From Acidimicrobiales bacterium (GTDB lineage: Bacteria > Actinomycetota > Acidimicrobiia > Acidimicrobiales > Iamiaceae): a stretch of DNA of 64,000 nt. Below the pieces are notes generated by a model that worked only from the letters and a program-made list of their open reading frames with translations, was not told the origin of the DNA and did no database searches. Both the position numbers and the translations under genes were made by a program. How positions within the stretch are numbered: position 1 is the first letter of the stretch; every line of letters begins with the position of its first letter. The stretch spans positions 4,457-68,456 of the forward strand of contig DATMGQ010000097.1 of the NCBI GenBank assembly GCA_035555395.1, given 5' to 3'. Positions 17,979 through 28,163 of this stretch are shown here, piece by piece.

Positions 17979-19646
17979 ATGACCACCCTCGCGCGCCTCG
18001 GTGCCGACGACCTCCGGCTCGTCGTGGCCGCATTCCGAGACGCCCTGCAGGCGCACAAGGACGGCATCAACCGCCTCAACGTGTACCCCGTGCCCGATGG
18101 CGACACCGGCAGCAACATGGCCCTGACCATCACCTCGGTGGCGGCGGAGCTGGAGGGCGTCGACGGCGACCTCGCTGCGGTCTGCAAGGCCATCGGCCAC
18201 GGCGCCCTCATGGGCGCCCGGGGCAACAGCGGCGTGATCCTGTCGCAGATCCTGCGCGGCTTGACCCAGACGCTCGCCACCGCCGCCGACGGCGAGATCG
18301 ACGGCGTGCTGCTCGCCCAGGGCCTCGAGGTCGCGGCCAAGGGTGCGTACGAGGCGGTGGGCAACCCGGTCGAGGGCACGATCCTCACCGTGATCCGGGT
18401 GGCCTCCGAGGGCGCCTCCGCGGCGGCCGGCTCCGGCGGGTCGCTCGTCGAGGTGCTCGATGCCGCCCGCACCTCCGGGCACGAGGCGCTGGCCAACACC
18501 CCCGAGCAGCTCGAGGTCCTGAAGGCGGCCGGCGTCGTCGATGCCGGCGGTACCGGGCTCATGCTCCTCATCGACGGCTTCCTGCACGTGGTCGACGACC
18601 GCGAGCTGCCGGCCGCTTCGGTCACCGAGGCCGTGGCCGACGCCGGCCACGTCGAGGAGCTGCAGATCCTCGCCCACGGCGACGAGGGCCACGAGCGGGG
18701 CCTGGCCGACCTGCGCTACGAGGTGATGTACATCCTCGAGGCGCCCGACGAGGCCATCTCGGCGTTCAAGGACGTGTGGGCCGGCATCGGCGACTCGATC
18801 GTGGTCGTCGGCGGCGACGGCCTCTTCAACTGCCACATCCACACCGACGACATCGGCCCCGCGATCGAGGCCGCCATCGAGATCGGCAAGCCGTCGAAGA
18901 TCCGGGTCACCGACCTGCTCGAGGAGGTCGAGGAGGAGCGCTGGGTCCGCGAGGCCGAGGAGCACCCCGAGCCCGAGCCCGACGCCACACCGGTCACCAC
19001 CGCGGTCGTCGCCATCGCCACGGGCGACGGCATCAAGCGCATCTTCCACTCGCTCGGCGCCCGGGTCCTCACCGGCGGCCAGTCGATGAACCCGTCCACC
19101 GCGCAGATCCTCGAGGCCGTCGAGGCTGCGCCGGCCGACCACGTCGTCATCCTGCCGAACAACAAGAACATCATCGCCGTGGCCCAGCAGGTCGACGCCA
19201 CCACCGACAAGACCGTGGTCGTCGTCCCCACCAAGGGCATCCCCGAGGGCTTCGCCGCGCTGCTCGCCTACGACCCCGACGCCGAGATCGACGACAACGC
19301 GTCGGGCATGGCCGAGGCGGCCGCCAACGTGCTGGCCGGCGAGGTCACCCAGGCGGTCCGGGACTCGTCGTGCGACGTCGGGCCCATCGTCGAGGGCGAC
19401 TACCTCGGCATCGCCCGCGACGGCATCCGTGCGGTGGCACCCACCGTCAGCGACGCCACCATCGGGCTGCTCGACCACCTCCTGACCGAGGACCACGAGA
19501 TCGTCACGCTCATCACGGGCGAGGGCTCCACCGACGGGGAGACCCGCAAGGTGATGCTCTGGCTCGAGGAGCACCACGAGGGGGTGGAGGCCGAGACCCA
19601 CCACGGCGGGCAGCCCCTCTACCCCTACTTCCTCGGCATCGAGTAG
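17979..19646 (+). CDS. DAK2 domain protein (fatty acid kinase FakA-like)
   Basis: INRLNVYPVPDGDTGSNM, GARGNSGVILSQ, PVEGTILTV, VVDAGG, GGQSMNPS, HGGQPLY. Confidence 0.95.
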   Translation: MTTLARLGADDLRLVVAAFRDALQAHKDGINRLNVYPVPDGDTGSNMALTITSVAAELEGVDGDLAAVCKAIGHGALMGARGNSGVILSQILRGLTQTLATAADGEIDGVLLAQGLEVAAKGAYEAVGNPVEGTILTVIRVASEGASAAAGSGGSLVEVLDAARTSGHEALANTPEQLEVLKAAGVVDAGGTGLMLLIDGFLHVVDDRELPAASVTEAVADAGHVEELQILAHGDEGHERGLADLRYEVMYILEAPDEAISAFKDVWAGIGDSIVVVGGDGLFNCHIHTDDIGPAIEAAIEIGKPSKIRVTDLLEEVEEERWVREAEEHPEPEPDATPVTTAVVAIATGDGIKRIFHSLGARVLTGGQSMNPSTAQILEAVEAAPADHVVILPNNKNIIAVAQQVDATTDKTVVVVPTKGIPEGFAALLAYDPDAEIDDNASGMAEAAANVLAGEVTQAVRDSSCDVGPIVEGDYLGIARDGIRAVAPTVSDATIGLLDHLLTEDHEIVTLITGEGSTDGETRKVMLWLEEHHEGVEAETHHGGQPLYPYFLGIE

Positions 19647-19649
19647 CCC

Positions 19650-21110
19650 GTGGTCGCGGCGGACGGCGACGCGGTCGAGCTCGACGGACCCGACGGCGCC
19701 GGCGCCTCCGATGACGCCGACGCCGGCGGTGGACCGCTCGCCCGCCGGCCCCGGCCGGTGACGTCGCTCGCCGGGTTCGACGACCCGCAACCCCTGCACC
19801 AGCTGGTGCGCCGGTGGCGGTGGGCCGGCTGGCTCGTCGGCGCCGTCGTCCTGCTGCGGGTCGTCGCCGTTGCCGGCATGCGGCTGTACCTCTACGTCGA
19901 CTCCGGCGAGTACGACCGCATCGACTTCACCGGCGACTGGCGGCGGCCGTGGGCGACGCCGCTCCTGTACTGGCTCATCCCCGGCAACGCCCGCGGGCTG
20001 GTGGTCGGCCAGGCGCTCGTCGGGGCCGCCTGCTGGGCGACGCTCGCGCTGAGCGCAGCGGCGTGGTTCCGGTACCGCACGTCCCGGATGGTCGTCGCCG
20101 GCGTCCTCGCCGCGCTGGGGTGCACGACCATCGTCACCAACTGGGACGCCGCCAAGCTGTCCGAGTCGCTGGGCCTGTCGCTCACCGTGCTCGTGATCGC
20201 GGCGTGGCTCAACTTCGCCCGCCGCACCGAGCCGGTGACCGCCGTGCTGGTTGCGGTGGCCACGCTGCCGTGGCTGTTCGTCCGTCAGAGCCTGGTGCCG
20301 ACGGCCTGGCTGGTGGTGCTGCTCGCGGCCGTCGCCACGGCGGTGCTCGCCCGGCGGCGGTCGGTCCGGGACCTCGGCGTGCGCCTCCTCGCGCTGCTGT
20401 GCATCGTGCTCGCCGTGGAGGCGGCGCTGGCCACCGCGACCTACGGCCGCAACCAGGAGATCGTCCGCGAGAACCTGCTCGTCATCGTGGCCAACCGGGT
20501 GGCAGACGACCCCGCCCAGCTCGCGTGGTTCACCGACCACGGCATGCCGGTGCCGAAGTCCGGGCAGCTCGACCCCGACTCGCTGCGGGAGGACCCGGCC
20601 TTCTCCGACTGGGTGGCGCACGAGGGCCGCAGCACGTACCTGCGCTACCTGGTGACCCACCCTGGATACGCGCTCACCGCCCCGCTCGACGACTTCGCGG
20701 GCGTGCGGCCGTCGTCGGCCGAGGACGAGCAGCCCCAGGCCGCCATGCTCTCGCCGGGGGACCGGTACGCCACCACCCGCCCGGTCCTCCCCGCGGTCGC
20801 CGAGGACGTCCTGTTCGGCGCGGGCGACACGGGCATGGTGATCAGCCTGCTCGTGGTCGTGCTCGGGTGGTCCGTGGCCCGGGTCCGACGCCGAACCGCG
20901 CGTTGGCCGATCCCGCTCGCGGTCGTCGCGCTCGCCCTCGCGTCCCTCTACATCGGGTGGCACGGCGCCACGCCGGAGCTCGGCCGCCTCGCCCTCCTCG
21001 GAGCGGTGGCGCTGCGGATCGGCCTGTACCTCCAGCTGGCGGTGCTGGTCGAGGACGAGGTGCGAGCCCACCGGCACCGGGTCGTCCAAGCGGCGGCAGC
21101 CACCTCGTAG
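19650..21110 (+). CDS. multi-pass membrane protein, possibly GT-C fold glycosyltransferase
   Basis: about 10 TM segments; DSGEY after TM1, RPW..P, LSESL motif. Confidence 0.6.
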   Translation: MVAADGDAVELDGPDGAGASDDADAGGGPLARRPRPVTSLAGFDDPQPLHQLVRRWRWAGWLVGAVVLLRVVAVAGMRLYLYVDSGEYDRIDFTGDWRRPWATPLLYWLIPGNARGLVVGQALVGAACWATLALSAAAWFRYRTSRMVVAGVLAALGCTTIVTNWDAAKLSESLGLSLTVLVIAAWLNFARRTEPVTAVLVAVATLPWLFVRQSLVPTAWLVVLLAAVATAVLARRRSVRDLGVRLLALLCIVLAVEAALATATYGRNQEIVRENLLVIVANRVADDPAQLAWFTDHGMPVPKSGQLDPDSLREDPAFSDWVAHEGRSTYLRYLVTHPGYALTAPLDDFAGVRPSSAEDEQPQAAMLSPGDRYATTRPVLPAVAEDVLFGAGDTGMVISLLVVVLGWSVARVRRRTARWPIPLAVVALALASLYIGWHGATPELGRLALLGAVALRIGLYLQLAVLVEDEVRAHRHRVVQAAAATS

Positions 21111-21122
21111 CCTCCACGGGCG

Positions 21123-23345
21123 ATGACCGACGGGCCCCTGACCTACGCCGACCTGGCGACCTTCCCGCTCACGGCCATCAGCGCGCTGCACGCCAGCCCG
21201 AAGAAGGTCGACGCCCTCGGCAAGATCGGCGTCGAGGACATCTTGGACCTGGTCACCTACTACCCGCGGCGCCACGTCGACCGGTCCCGCCAGGTCTCGA
21301 TCCGGGACCTCCGGCCCGGCGAGGAGGCGATGGTCGTGGGCACGGTCCGCAACCACAAGGCCCACCGGCCCCCTCGGCGCGGGCGCGGCCGGCCGCTGAA
21401 CCGCGACGAGTTCGACGTCACCGACGGCTCGGGCGGCCGGCTCAAGGTCACCTTCTTCAACACGTGGGGCATCGAGCAGAAGCTCGCCGTCGGGACCGAG
21501 GCCGTGTTCTTCGGGAAGGTCGACTCCTTCAACGGCCGTCCGCAGCTCACGAACCCGGTGGTCGACGTCATCGGCGGCGAGCAGACCGGGAAGATCATCT
21601 CGATCTACCCCCAGCACCAGGTCTCGATCTCCGGGTCGAAGCCCAAGACCAAGCTCGAGTCCGATGACTTCGCCCGCTGGGTCGGGGTGGCACTCGGCAA
21701 GACCCGGGCCCGCGGCCTCGCCGAGCCGCTGCCGGCCGCCGTCCGCAAGCGGCTCGGGCTGGTCGAGCGGGAACGGGCGCTGTGGGGGTACCACCAGCCC
21801 GAGGCGTGGACCGACATCGCGACCTCCCGCAAGCGGCTCGTGTTCGACGAGCTACTGCGCGTGCAGCTGGCGCTCGTCTTGCGGAAGCGGGCGCTGGAGC
21901 GCACGGCGAAGGGCATGGTCCACGACGGCTCGGGCGAGCTGGTCCGCCGGTTCCACGACGCCCTGCCGTACCCGCTCACCGGTGCCCAGCAGCGGGTCAT
22001 CGCCGAGATCGACGTGGACCTCACCGGGCCGCACCCGATGCACCGGCTCCTCCAGGGCGACGTCGGCGCCGGCAAGACGGTCGTCGCCGTCACCGCGCTG
22101 CTCACCGCGGTCCAGGGCGGCCACCAGGGTGCGCTCATGGCGCCCACCGAGGTCCTCGCCGAGCAGCACTTCGCCGGCATCAAGGCGCTGCTCGCCGACC
22201 TCCGCGTGCCGGGCGATCCCGACCCGGACTCGCTGTTCGCGGGCATGGCCGAGGACCGGCCGCTGCGGGTCGAGCTGCTCACCAACAAGGTGCCCGCCGC
22301 CGCTCGGCGCAAGCTGGCCGAGGGCCTCGCCGACGGCGAGGTCGACATCCTGATCGGCACCCACGCGCTCATCGAGGACAAGGTCGCGTTCCGCTCCCTC
22401 GGCGTCGTGGTGATCGACGAGCAGCACCGCTTCGGCGTCGAGCAGCGCGCCGCCCTGCGGCAGAAGGGCGCCGACGGCCTGACGCCCGACGTGCTGGTGA
22501 TGACGGCCACGCCCATCCCGCGCACCGCGGCCATGACGGTCTACGGCGACCTCGACGTGTCGATCCTCGACGAGCTGCCGCCGGGCCGCACCCCCATCGA
22601 GACCACGTGGGTCCGCGTCGACGGGGAGGGCGACGACCCCGAGGCCGAGGCACCCGTGTGGGACCACGTGCGCGCCGAGGTGGCCGCCGGCCGCCAGGCC
22701 TACGTGGTGTGCCCGCTGGTCGAGGGCTCCGACAAGCTCGAGGTCGCCTCCGCCGAGGAGACCCTCGAGCGGCTGGAGGGCGGCGAGCTCCACGGCCTCT
22801 CGCTCGGCCTGCTCCACGGCCGCATGGCCAGCGCCGACAAGGAGCAGGTGATGGGCCGCTTCCGCTCCGGTGCCACGCAGGTGCTGGTGGCCACGACGGT
22901 CATCGAGGTCGGCGTCGACGTGCCGAACGCCACGGTCATGGTCATCCTCGACGCCGACCGCTTCGGCATCGCGCAGCTCCACCAGCTCCGCGGCCGCGTC
23001 GGCCGAGGTGCGCACGCGTCGACGTGCTGGCTCGTCGGTGCCGGCACCACGTCCGACGGCGAGGCCCGGCTCGACGCCATGGTCCGCACCACCGACGGGT
23101 TCGAGCTGGCCGAGATCGACCTCGACCTGCGCGGCGAGGGCACGCTCATGGGCGAGCGCCAGAAGGGCAAGAACGACCTGAAGCTGGCGTCGCTGCGCCG
23201 GGACCGCGAGTGGGTCGAGAAGGCCCGCGAGGTCGCATTCGAGCTGATCGACGCCGACCCCGACCTCTCGCACAGCTCGGTGATCGAGGAGGAGGTCCGC
23301 CTCTTCCTCGGCGACGCCGACGCCGACTTCCTCCTCAAGTCCTGA
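21123..23345 (+). CDS. recG: ATP-dependent DNA helicase RecG
   Basis: RLLQGDVGAGKT, MAPTEVLAEQH, DEQHRFGV, MTATPIPRT, QLHQLRGRVGRG, DGFELAEIDL. Confidence 0.97.
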   Translation: MTDGPLTYADLATFPLTAISALHASPKKVDALGKIGVEDILDLVTYYPRRHVDRSRQVSIRDLRPGEEAMVVGTVRNHKAHRPPRRGRGRPLNRDEFDVTDGSGGRLKVTFFNTWGIEQKLAVGTEAVFFGKVDSFNGRPQLTNPVVDVIGGEQTGKIISIYPQHQVSISGSKPKTKLESDDFARWVGVALGKTRARGLAEPLPAAVRKRLGLVERERALWGYHQPEAWTDIATSRKRLVFDELLRVQLALVLRKRALERTAKGMVHDGSGELVRRFHDALPYPLTGAQQRVIAEIDVDLTGPHPMHRLLQGDVGAGKTVVAVTALLTAVQGGHQGALMAPTEVLAEQHFAGIKALLADLRVPGDPDPDSLFAGMAEDRPLRVELLTNKVPAAARRKLAEGLADGEVDILIGTHALIEDKVAFRSLGVVVIDEQHRFGVEQRAALRQKGADGLTPDVLVMTATPIPRTAAMTVYGDLDVSILDELPPGRTPIETTWVRVDGEGDDPEAEAPVWDHVRAEVAAGRQAYVVCPLVEGSDKLEVASAEETLERLEGGELHGLSLGLLHGRMASADKEQVMGRFRSGATQVLVATTVIEVGVDVPNATVMVILDADRFGIAQLHQLRGRVGRGAHASTCWLVGAGTTSDGEARLDAMVRTTDGFELAEIDLDLRGEGTLMGERQKGKNDLKLASLRRDREWVEKAREVAFELIDADPDLSHSSVIEEEVRLFLGDADADFLLKS

Positions 23346-23484
23346 GCAGGGGAGTCGGGCCGGCGCGTACCTGGCGCCACCAGGTGGGCCGCTCCCTCGC
23401 GGTGGCTGTCCTCGCCACCGTGGTCGTCCTCCCGGCCGTGACCACCGTGGTCTGGAGGTGGCACGCCCGAGCGGGCACCGGCGG

Positions 23485-24381
23485 TCAGCGGAAGGCGGGG
23501 GCGACCTCTTCGATGAGCTGGTCGATCGCCTCCTTGGCCTGATCGCCGTCGCCGAGCGTGAAGCTCGGGATGATCAGCTCGTCGAGGCCGGCATCGGCCC
23601 ACTGGCCGATCGTCTCGATGAGCTGCTCGCTGGTGCCGCCGATGGCCGGGCGGATGGCGGCGAAGTCCTCGGCCGTCTTGAAGCCGTCGGGACCGAGGAA
23701 CACCAGCGCCTGGGTCGACCGGTGGAGGTCGGCCCGATCGCGGCCGGCCTCGTCGAGCGCCCGATCGAACCCGACCCGCTTCTCCTGCCAGAGCGACGGC
23801 GTGCTCCAGGTGTTCCACTCGTCGGCATACCGGGCGACGATGGCGGCCATCCGCTGCTGGCCGCTGGCGCCGATGAGCAGCGGCATCGGGCCGACGGGCT
23901 TGGGCTCGGCCGGGGCGTCGTCGAGCTGGTAGCGGGAGCCGGCCACGGTCGTGCGGTGCTCGTCGCGCAGGCCGACGAGCACCTGGCACGCCTCCTCGAA
24001 CCAGTCGAGCCGCTCCCGGACGGTGCCCAGCGGGATGCCGTAGCGGGCGTGCTCGTTCTCCTGCCACCCCGCGCCGACGCCGAGCACGAGCCGGCCGCCG
24101 GAGATGTGGTCGATGGTGGCCGCGGTCTTGGCGACGACGGCCGGGTGCCGGTACGTGTTGCCGAGCACGAGCGAACCGAGCCGGACCCGCGGCACGGCGG
24201 CCGCCAGGGCGCCGAGCAGCCCGAGCGCCTCGTGCATCGGCTGGTCGAGCGCCGAGTCGTCGTTCGGCATGAAGTGGTCGGCGACCCACAGGCCGTCCCA
24301 GCCGGTGGCCTCGGCGTGGCTCGCGAGGTCGAGCGTGTCGGTCCAGGTGAGCTGCGTCGAGATCCAGAAGCTGAAGCGCAT
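23485..24381 (-). CDS. LLM class (F420-dependent) oxidoreductase
   Basis: GWDGLWVADHF, GNTYRHPAVVAK.AATIDHISGGR, GAGWQENEH, ARYADEWN. Confidence 0.92.
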   Translation of the reverse strand: MRFSFWISTQLTWTDTLDLASHAEATGWDGLWVADHFMPNDDSALDQPMHEALGLLGALAAAVPRVRLGSLVLGNTYRHPAVVAKTAATIDHISGGRLVLGVGAGWQENEHARYGIPLGTVRERLDWFEEACQVLVGLRDEHRTTVAGSRYQLDDAPAEPKPVGPMPLLIGASGQQRMAAIVARYADEWNTWSTPSLWQEKRVGFDRALDEAGRDRADLHRSTQALVFLGPDGFKTAEDFAAIRPAIGGTSEQLIETIGQWADAGLDELIIPSFTLGDGDQAKEAIDQLIEEVAPAFR

Positions 24382-24517
24382 GGCCGCAGGCTACGGAGCC
24401 GGGCGCACGGCCGGCGCCGGAGTTCGCACGGGCCTCCGGCGGCACCGCCCGCCTGGCCGCGGCGGGGGCCTGACCTGCGGGTTCGCATCCTGGAAGGGCG
24501 CCGATAGCGTCGCGGGC

Positions 24518-24913
24518 ATGACCCTCGATGCAGACCTCGCCAACCTCCTCGCCGGCAAGAACTTCGCCGCGTTCACCACGCTCATGGCCGATGGCCAGCC
24601 CCAGACGCAGATCATGTGGATCGACGACGACGGCGAGCACCTCCTGATCAACACGGAGATCCACCGCCAGAAGTACAAGAACGCCGTGCGCGACCCTCGG
24701 GTCACCGTCACCGTGTTCAACTCGGAGAACGCCTACCAGTACGTCGAGGCTCGGGGGACGGTCGTCGAGACGGTCGGTGGCGACGAGGCCCGGTCCAACA
24801 TCGACACCCTCGCCAAGAAGTACATGGGCGTCGACGACTACCCGAACCCGATCCAGAGCGAGCGGATCATCCTCAAGATCGCGGTCGACAAGGTCCACAA
24901 GAACGGCTACTGA
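24518..24913 (+). CDS. PPOX class F420-dependent oxidoreductase
   Basis: TLMADGQPQ..MWID, KYKNAVRDPRVTV, YVEARG, LAKKY. Confidence 0.9.
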   Translation: MTLDADLANLLAGKNFAAFTTLMADGQPQTQIMWIDDDGEHLLINTEIHRQKYKNAVRDPRVTVTVFNSENAYQYVEARGTVVETVGGDEARSNIDTLAKKYMGVDDYPNPIQSERIILKIAVDKVHKNGY

Positions 24914-24920
24914 TCTCCCC

Positions 24921-25100
24921 GTGCTGGAGATGCGGGACACCTGCGAGCGGTGCCAGGCGGCGCTGCCGCCCGACAGCGACCAGGCGCGGATCTGCTCCTA
25001 CGAGTGCACGTTCTGCGCCGACTGCGTCGACGGCCCGCTCGCGGGTGCCTGCCCCAACTGCGGTGGCGAGCTCCGGGCCCGCCCGCGCCGAGCCTCCTAG
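24921..25100 (+). CDS. DUF1272 domain protein
   Basis: LEMRDTCERC..LPPDS..ARICSYECTFCADC..CPNCGGEL..RPRR. Confidence 0.9.
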   Translation: MLEMRDTCERCQAALPPDSDQARICSYECTFCADCVDGPLAGACPNCGGELRARPRRAS

Positions 25101-25108
25101 GCCGACCG

Positions 25109-25357
25109 CTACCAGTCCGGACCGTGGTCGTCCTCGGGGTCGTCCCCGGGGACGATGAGGTCCCAGCGGTCGAGGCAGTCCTCGCACCGGTAGGACACGA
25201 GGTCGCCGGGCCAGAAGCGCCCGGTGTCGTCGGGGCGGGTCATCAGGTGGGCGGTGCTGCCGCAGTCGATGCACACGATGGTCTGGGGCACCAGGGGTGC
25301 GCCCGAGGCATCGGTGGGTCCGTCGTCGTGGTCGTCGTCGGCGCGGTGGTCGCTCAC
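25109..25357 (-). CDS. small zinc-ribbon protein
   Basis: CIDCG...YRCEDCLDRWD; GTG overlaps stop of upstream hydratase. Confidence 0.7.
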   Translation of the reverse strand: MSDHRADDDHDDGPTDASGAPLVPQTIVCIDCGSTAHLMTRPDDTGRFWPGDLVSYRCEDCLDRWDLIVPGDDPEDDHGPDW

Positions 25358-26109
25358 CGGTCGCCCTCGGCTCGCCGCCGGGCCTGGTCGGCCTGGAACT
25401 GGGCGACGCCGTCGGCGAACCCCGGGTCGAAGATGACGGCCCGGCCGTGGCGGTCCTCGTTGGCGAGGGCGTCCTCGATCGACAGGCCGTAGCTCTCGTA
25501 GGCGGACAGGCGGTCGTGGACCACGGCCGGCCACGGCGACGAGGCGATGACCTCGGCCGCCTCGATGGCCGCGGCGAGCGCGGTGCCCTCGGGCACGAGG
25601 CGGCTGACGAACCCGATGCGCTCCGCCTCCTCGGCGTCGAACCCCCGGCCGGTGAGCATGAGGTCCATCGCCCGGCCGAGGCCGACGATGCGGGGGAGGC
25701 GGATCGTGCCGCCGTCGATGAGCGGGACGCCCCAGCGCCGCTCGAGGCAGCCGAACTTGGCCCCGGCCCCGGCGATGCGGATGTCGCACCACGCGGCGAG
25801 CTCGACGCCACCGGCGACGCACCAGCCGTCGATCGCGGCGATGACCGGCTTCGACAGCGCCATGCGGGTCGGGCCCATCGGCCCGCTGTCGCGGAGGCGG
25901 GGGAGGTCGGTCAGATCGGCGCCGGCGCAGAACGCGGCCTCGTCGCCGGTGAGGATGGCCACCTTGGCGTCCGGGTCCGAGTCGAAGGCGAGGAACTCCC
26001 GGTAGAGGCGCTCGGCGGTCTCGGAGTTCACGGCGTTGCGCCGTTCCGGTCGGCCGATGCGCACGATGCGCACGGCGTCGCTGGCGGACGGGACGGTGGG
26101 CTCGCTCAC
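25354..26109 (-). CDS. enoyl-CoA hydratase/crotonase family protein
   Basis: RPERRNAV, FCAGADL, KPVIAAIDGWCVAGGVELA, RRWGVPLIDGGT. Confidence 0.92.
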   Translation of the reverse strand: MSEPTVPSASDAVRIVRIGRPERRNAVNSETAERLYREFLAFDSDPDAKVAILTGDEAAFCAGADLTDLPRLRDSGPMGPTRMALSKPVIAAIDGWCVAGGVELAAWCDIRIAGAGAKFGCLERRWGVPLIDGGTIRLPRIVGLGRAMDLMLTGRGFDAEEAERIGFVSRLVPEGTALAAAIEAAEVIASSPWPAVVHDRLSAYESYGLSIEDALANEDRHGRAVIFDPGFADGVAQFQADQARRRAEGDR

Positions 26110-26179
26110 CCGGCCGACGGTACCGCCCGCACCACCGGGTTGGGGAGGGTGGGGGACCGGGGTGCGAGACTCGGCCGCC

Positions 26180-27064
26180 ATGGGTGCGAAGCAGCGCGAG
26201 GACCTCACCGGCCAGGTCGTCATCGTCACCGGGGCCAACTCCGGCATCGGCAAGGAGACCGCCGTCGCCCTCGCGGCGATGGGCGCCACCGTCGTGATGA
26301 CGGCCCGCAGCGCCACGAAGGGGGAGGCGGCCCGGACCGAGGTCGTCGAGCGCTCCGGGAGCGACCGCGTCGTGCTCGGCAGCCTGGATCTCGCCTCGTT
26401 CTCGTCGATCCGGGACTTCGCGGCCTGGTTCCTCGGCGAGTTCGACCGCCTCGACGTCCTGGTCAACAACGCCGGCCTGATGGTGGACACCCGGCAGGAG
26501 ACCGCCGACGGGTTCGAGCTGATGTTCGGCACCAACCACCTCGGCCACTTCCTGCTCACCGACCTCCTGCGCCAGCGCCTCGTCGACTCCGCGCCATCAC
26601 GGGTGATCGTGCTGTCGTCGGTCGCCCACCGGTGGGCGCTCAAGGGGCTGGACCGCGACGACCTCCAGGGCCGGGTCCGCTTCGGAGGCGGCCGCAACTA
26701 CGGCCTGTCGAAGCTGGCCAACGCCCAGTTCGCACTGGAGCTCGCCCGCCAACTGGAGGGCACGGGGGTCACCGTCTTCGCGGTGCACCCCGGCAGCATC
26801 TACAGCGGGTTCGGGGTCGACGGCGACACGGGTGCGCTCAGCTGGTGGATCGACACGTTCGGCCGCTACGTGCTGCGCTCGCCCAAGAGCGGCGCCAAGA
26901 CCCAGGTGATGCTCGCCAGCTCCACCAAGCCACGGGTCACCGCCCGCTCCGGCGCCTACTGGTCCCACGGCCGGCGCTGGCCCGCCTCGCGCCACGCCCG
27001 CAACCCCGAGGACGCCCGCTGGCTGTGGGAGGAGAGCGCCCGGCTGGTCGCCGAGGTGCCGTGA
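26180..27064 (+). CDS. SDR family oxidoreductase (retinol dehydrogenase-like)
   Basis: VTGANSGIG, LVNNAG, TNHLGHFLLT, YGLSK, VHPG. Confidence 0.93.
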   Translation: MGAKQREDLTGQVVIVTGANSGIGKETAVALAAMGATVVMTARSATKGEAARTEVVERSGSDRVVLGSLDLASFSSIRDFAAWFLGEFDRLDVLVNNAGLMVDTRQETADGFELMFGTNHLGHFLLTDLLRQRLVDSAPSRVIVLSSVAHRWALKGLDRDDLQGRVRFGGGRNYGLSKLANAQFALELARQLEGTGVTVFAVHPGSIYSGFGVDGDTGALSWWIDTFGRYVLRSPKSGAKTQVMLASSTKPRVTARSGAYWSHGRRWPASRHARNPEDARWLWEESARLVAEVP

Positions 27065-27678
27065 GCGGCCGCAAGCCGTCGCCCCGGCCGCGCCGGAGCT
27101 CGGCGTCGTCGCGTCAGACCCCGACCAAGGGGGCGTTGAGGATCGTCGCCGGGAGCGTGGGCGGGCGCCGCATCGACGTCCCGCCCGGCCAGGGGACCCG
27201 ACCCACCTCGGACCGGGTGCGCGAGGCGCTGTTCAACGCCCTCGACAGCCTCGACGCGGTCGACGGAGCCCGGGTGCTGGACGCGTTCGCCGGGAGCGGC
27301 GCGCTCGGCATCGAGGCGCTCTCGCGAGGAGCGGCCCACGCGACGTTCGCCGACCTCGACCCCCAGGCCGTCGAGGTGGTCACGACCAACCTCCGGTCCC
27401 TGGGCCTGGCCGACCGGGCCCGGGTGCTGGCCGGCACCGCCGAGCGCGCCCTGGTCGCGGGCGGCTCCTTCGACCTGGTGCTCCTGGACCCGCCCTACGC
27501 CCACGACGGGTGGGACGACCTCCTGGTCGCGGTGCTGGCGGCCCTCGCCCCGGACGGCGTGGTGGTGATCGAATCGGACCGCGAGGTGGCCCTGCCGGAG
27601 GGCCTCGTTGGCATCAAGTCCAAGACGTACGGCGGTACGGTGGTTCAGTTCGCCGCTGCCTCCGGAGCCCCTACGTGA
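27061..27678 (+). CDS. rsmD: 16S rRNA (guanine966-N2) methyltransferase
   Basis: LRIVAG, TRPTSDRVREALFN, DAFAGSGALGIEALSRGA, LDPPY. Confidence 0.95.
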   Translation: MSGRKPSPRPRRSSASSRQTPTKGALRIVAGSVGGRRIDVPPGQGTRPTSDRVREALFNALDSLDAVDGARVLDAFAGSGALGIEALSRGAAHATFADLDPQAVEVVTTNLRSLGLADRARVLAGTAERALVAGGSFDLVLLDPPYAHDGWDDLLVAVLAALAPDGVVVIESDREVALPEGLVGIKSKTYGGTVVQFAAASGAPT

Positions 27679-28163
27679 CGCGAGTCCTCTACCCGGGGTC
27701 GTTCGACCCCATCCACAACGGACACCTCGAGCTGATCGAGGTCGCGTCGCGCCTGTTCGACTCCGTCGTGGTGGCGGCCATCGGCAACCCGCAGAAGACG
27801 ACCGGCCTCTACTCGCTCGACGAGCGGCGGGAGATGATCGCCGAGTCGGTGGCCCACCTGCCCAACGTCGAGGTCACCGTGTACTCGAACCTCGTGGTCA
27901 ACCTGGCCAAGGAGGTCGATGCCGACTTCCTCGTGAAGGGCCTCCGGGCGGTGTCGGACTTCGAGTCCGAGCTGCAGCAGTCGCAGATGAACCTCGCCAT
28001 CTCGGGGGTGCACACGGTCTTCATCCCGTCCGCCACCGAGCACTCCTTCGTCGCCTCGAAGTGGATCCGGGAGATCGCCCGGTTCGGCGGTGACGTGTCC
28101 TCGATGGTGCCGGCGCCGGTCGCCGCCCGTCTCGCCGAATCGTTCCAGGAGCCCCCCGCATGA
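27675..28163 (+). CDS. coaD: pantetheine-phosphate adenylyltransferase
   Basis: YPGSFDPIHNGH, VKGLRAVSDFESE, GGDVSSMVP. Confidence 0.97.
   Translation: MTRVLYPGSFDPIHNGHLELIEVASRLFDSVVVAAIGNPQKTTGLYSLDERREMIAESVAHLPNVEVTVYSNLVVNLAKEVDADFLVKGLRAVSDFESELQQSQMNLAISGVHTVFIPSATEHSFVASKWIREIARFGGDVSSMVPAPVAARLAESFQEPPA

Noticed and set aside
23346-23484. Short hydrophobic reading frame after recG
   Set aside because: No start or RBS; too short to support a gene call.
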